From Eledone cirrhosa (lineage: Eukaryota), in contig OZ024742.1 in the NCBI GenBank assembly GCA_964016885.1, positions 17,732,001 to 17,796,000 of the forward strand: 64,000 bases of DNA, written 5' to 3'. The notes under the pieces are model-generated. The model ran no database searches and was not told where the DNA came from. It saw nothing but the letters and a program-made list of their open reading frames with translations. Position 1 is the stretch's first letter. Every line of letters begins with the position of its first letter. A program made the translations under genes and the position numbers. This document shows positions 59,889 through 64,000 of the stretch, in pieces.

Positions 59889-62800
59889 AAGATGATGCAT
59901 GACATACCCTGACTAAGTAGATGGTTAACATTCAGTCATAGCAGTGAATAAGATATGACAAAACTCAATATTTATATACCTTAAGATTGAGACATGAAAA
60001 GATTACATATAATACAGAGGGTGCGTGTGAGAAAACTTATAAAGATACATAGTAATAAACAACTACTAATATAATATAAACTTACATAACTGTTAGAGAT
60101 TCAAATAATTTAAATTATTGAAGAAAGAAGAAAGACAGAGAGAGAAACAGATGAGGAAAAAGAGAGTGACTAGAAGTATAGAAATATCTTATGCACGAAA
60201 GCAAAAGAGAATTGATTAAGGATAAAGAGACAAGGAAGAATAATTTTTATAGTATAAAGCATAGAGAGGGAGGTTTGTATTGTCGTGGATAAATAACGTA
60301 TAATTAGATGATGCAAAAATATATATATTATATATAAATAAATATACATTTGGGCATAGCTTTCTGAATGAATAATTTCAAATCGTTGAATTATCTAGAA
60401 ATAATCAATCAATCAAAATATCAAATATATCTGGGTGTAGTTATATGAGAGTTTAATTTCTAGTCCTTAAGTTAATTAGAAATAGACTATTGATCAATTA
60501 TATATATCCAAACGTATCCGGATGACCGTTAAATTTCGAATCATTTATGTTAGTTCAAAATAGTGAATTAATCTAAAGGTATAATATTTCGGGCTATAAA
60601 AATGTATAAGTATTTATATTATAGTATAATATCATATTTAAAGTATTTGCAAACATGAGAGAGAAGAGACTTAATATTTTCTTCATCCCGAAAGTGATCC
60701 ATATTAAACTATATTAAAAGAATTTATATTAAAGAGATTTTATATTAAAAAATAATCATTATATAATTTAGAAAGTAATTACAATTATAACTTTAAAAAT
60801 TTTAAATTAACAATTAGAATGCCCTAAAGTATCCAAAGGCCTTATAATTATACTTAAAAAGGATATTATTAAACTAGATATACGCATTTGTCTAAATGTA
60901 TACAAAGCGTATATTGTTTAAAGTTTAAGACGATATTAGTCAGTTATATATAATATAATATAATAAATAAGTTACTGTTAATATTGTTAAAATTAAGGTT
61001 TTACGTCAATTATTATATTAGGATCATGTAATACATATATACTATAAATATACAAATCAAACTTCATGAATCATAAAAGATAAGACACAGATTCAAAATA
61101 AATAAATAAATGGTTTGCGATCCTATAAGTGTCAAATATCTAAGCTATATAATTTAAAAATACATGAACATTTTTAATGATCTATATTATAGTATAATAT
61201 CATATTTAAATTTTCATAATTAGTAATTATTAATAGGGTCTCCATAGTAAAAAGATTGCAGTTAGGTGATATTGAAGAATTCAAGTAGATTCGACTATTA
61301 TACAGCTTTGACCAAGAAATCGAGTATTTTAAATGTTTGTCTTTTAATGACCATATAAGTTGTGATAAAGAAGTCGAAGATTTCCTAATAGGATTCGAAA
61401 AAGAACATTTGTGATTCGAAAATCTTAATTTAAATGTCGATGAAGTTGCACCAATATAGTTATATGTGATGTTATTTGCTTTTACGGTGCATTTATAGAC
61501 CAGATTGCTAACTGCAATCTTTGTACTATGGAGACCCTATTAATAATTACTAATTATGAAAATTTAATTAACAAAAAAAGTGAATTATTCTCAAATTGCC
61601 TACATAAAGCTTCTTCTACATTCCAAGCCTCGCAAAAAGTCAGGAAAAAACATTCAATAAATAAGTTCTAATTTTTGACGTTTCTTATCAAATGAGTGCG
61701 TAAAATGATACTATAACAGATTATAATAATTTTTATTCATTTACGATATGATTAATGTTAGATTAAGGGTTCTATATAAATATATAAACATATAGACTGT
61801 TAACATGATCTCTTGATGAATATGCATATCATTTGATTGTGTAAATACATTTAATTTTGTCGGGATTTTTGTATTTTTTTAAATATATAGCTTATATGGT
61901 TAACAGTTATTAGGAACCGTAGACCATTCATTTATTTATTTTGAATATGTTGTTTTTAAGATTCCAGATGTTTGATTTATATAATTATGGTAAATGTGTC
62001 GCACACGATCGTAGTCGACAAACTTCTTCCACTTAACTTGATGTAAAACTTCAATTATAACATTATTAACAGTAATTGTATTATTATTTATTATATGTAT
62101 ATAAATCACTAATATCGTCTTAAGTTTTAAACAGAATACTCTTTATGTATTTAGACAAATGTGTATATCTAGTTTAATAACATCCTTCTAGATACATTTA
62201 TAAGTGCCTTAGATACTTAAGGACATTCTAGTGTTATAATTGTTAAATATTTTCTAAATTATATAATGATTATTTTTTAATATAAAATGTGTTTTAATAT
62301 AATTAGATTTGGGTTACCTTCGGGTTGATGAAAATCTTAAGTCTTTTCTTTCTCATGTTTGCAGACACTTTAAATATGATATTATACTATAATATAGATC
62401 ATTAAAAATGTTCATGTATTTTTAAATTATATAGCTTAGATATTTGACACTTATAGGATCGCAAACCATTTATTTATTTATTTTGAATCTGTGTCTTATC
62501 TTTTATGATTCATGAAGTTTGATTTGTATATTTATAGTATATATGTATTACATGATCCTAATATAATAATTGACGTAAAACCTTAATTTTAACAATATTA
62601 ACAGTAACTTATTTATTATATTATATTATATATAACTGACTAATATCGTCTTAAACTTTAAACAATATACGCTTTGTATACATTTAGACAAATGCGTATA
62701 TCTAGTTTAATAATATCCTTTTTAAGTATAATTATAAGGCCTTTGGATACTTTAGGGCATTCTAATTGTTAATTTAAAATTTTTAAAGTTATAATTGTAA

Positions 62801-63691
62801 TTACTTTCTAAATTATATAATGATTATTTTTTAATATAAAATCTCTTTAATATAAATTCTTTTAATATAGTTTAATATGGATCACTTTCGGGATGAAGAA
62901 AATATTAAGTCTCTTCTCTCTCATGTTTGCAAATACTTTAAATATGATATTATACTATTATAAATACTTATACATTTTTATAGCCCGAAATATTATACCT
63001 TTAGATTAATTCACTATTTTGAACTAACATAAATGATTCGAAATTTAACGGTCATCCGGATACGTTTGGATATATATAATTAATTAATAGTCTATTTCTA
63101 ATTAACTTAAGGACTAGAAATTAAACTCTCATATAACTACACCCAGATAGATTTGATATTTTGATTGATTGATTATTTCTAGATAATTCAACGATTCGAA
63201 ATTATTCATTCACAAAGCTATGCCCAAATGTATATTTATTTATTTATATATATATATATATTTTTGCATCATCTAATTATACGTTATTTATCCACGACAA
63301 TACAAACCTCCCTCCCTATGCTTTATACTATAACAATTATTCTTCCTTGTCTCTTTATCCTTAATCAATTCTCTTTTGCTTTCGTGCATAAGATATTTCT
63401 ATACTTCTAGTCACTCTCTTTTTCCTCATCTGTTTCTCTCTCTGTCTTTCTTCTTTCTTCAATAATTTAAATTATTTGAATCTCTAACAGTTATGTAAGT
63501 TTATATTATATTAGTAGTTGTTTATTATTATGTATTTTTATAAGCTTTCTCACACGCACCCTCTGTATTATATGTAATCTTTTCATGTCTCAATCTTAAG
63601 GTATATAAATATTGAGTTTTGTCATATCTTATTCACTGCCATGACTGAATCTTAACCATATACTTAGTCAAGGTATGTCAAGCATCGTCTT

Positions 63692-63755
63692 ATTTTATCT
63701 GATGAGGACGTACTGTTGAAGATAGCTCAGTACCTCTGAAATATGTATAATAAAA
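63692..63755 (+). ncRNA. Minimal type I hammerhead ribozyme (mirror copy)
   Basis: TTTTAT-CTGATGA (63699)-GGACGTACTGTTGAAGATAGCTCAGTACCTCT-GAAA-TATGTA-TA-ATAAAA. Confidence 0.72.
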
Positions 63756-64000
63756 CATACTTGATCACACGAATGTCTATTTTTGTTAATATTTTGAATT
63801 AATATATATATATAAATATATATATATAAATATATATATATTATATATATATAGAAGTGGTTAGACAACAGTTAGTTCACCATACCGAGAACAATTGTTT
63901 CACCTTACGGATCCTCAACTCGTAATGGGCATGGTTATACGGAATGATTCTCGCATGTGCTTTCATAACCTGCAAGAGTCTGCCGACAGAAGAACAAAAA

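Larger units (their letters stand above)
59787..63793. mobile_element. Penelope-derived ~4-kb fold-back: 1.4-kb inverted arms, central GIY-YIG remnant, terminal hammerheads
   Basis: 59787-61209 is the reverse complement of 62369-63793; minus strand 61205-61510 encodes VYKCTVK..YIGATSSTFKLRFSNHKCSF..STSLS; plus strand 61510-61620 encodes NCNLCTME..INKKSELFSNCLHK. Confidence 0.88.

Overview
Repeat-saturated, AT- and microsatellite-rich eukaryotic DNA with no recognisable host protein-coding gene. The abundant tRNA-headed SINE resembles octopus SINEs, so an octopod cephalopod is likely (inference). Contents: (i) a ~2.05-kb tandem array (about 13.5-23.5 kb, running into a 200-N gap) carrying tRNA-Thr(AGT) genes, each unit holding one intact and one degenerate tRNA, an RTE 3' fragment, a SINE fragment and a ~580-bp element made of two direct repeats that each contain a type I hammerhead ribozyme (retrozyme-like), with octamer motifs in between; (ii) three families of R4/Dong-type RLE non-LTR retrotransposons in (TAA)n or (TACA)n, one with an uninterrupted 1132-codon ORF; (iii) decayed Tx1-type L1 elements at (TATC)n; (iv) several Penelope-like elements and fold-back pLTR structures; (v) CRE and RTE fragments, a hAT-type MITE and two minisatellites. 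By eye I count about 18 hammerhead motifs in about 6 sequence families. The most notable observations are the hammerhead/retrozyme module co-amplified with tRNA genes, and a separate 394-bp single-hammerhead, octamer-bearing element inserted with a 13-bp TSD. All coordinates and folds were read by eye and need computational confirmation.
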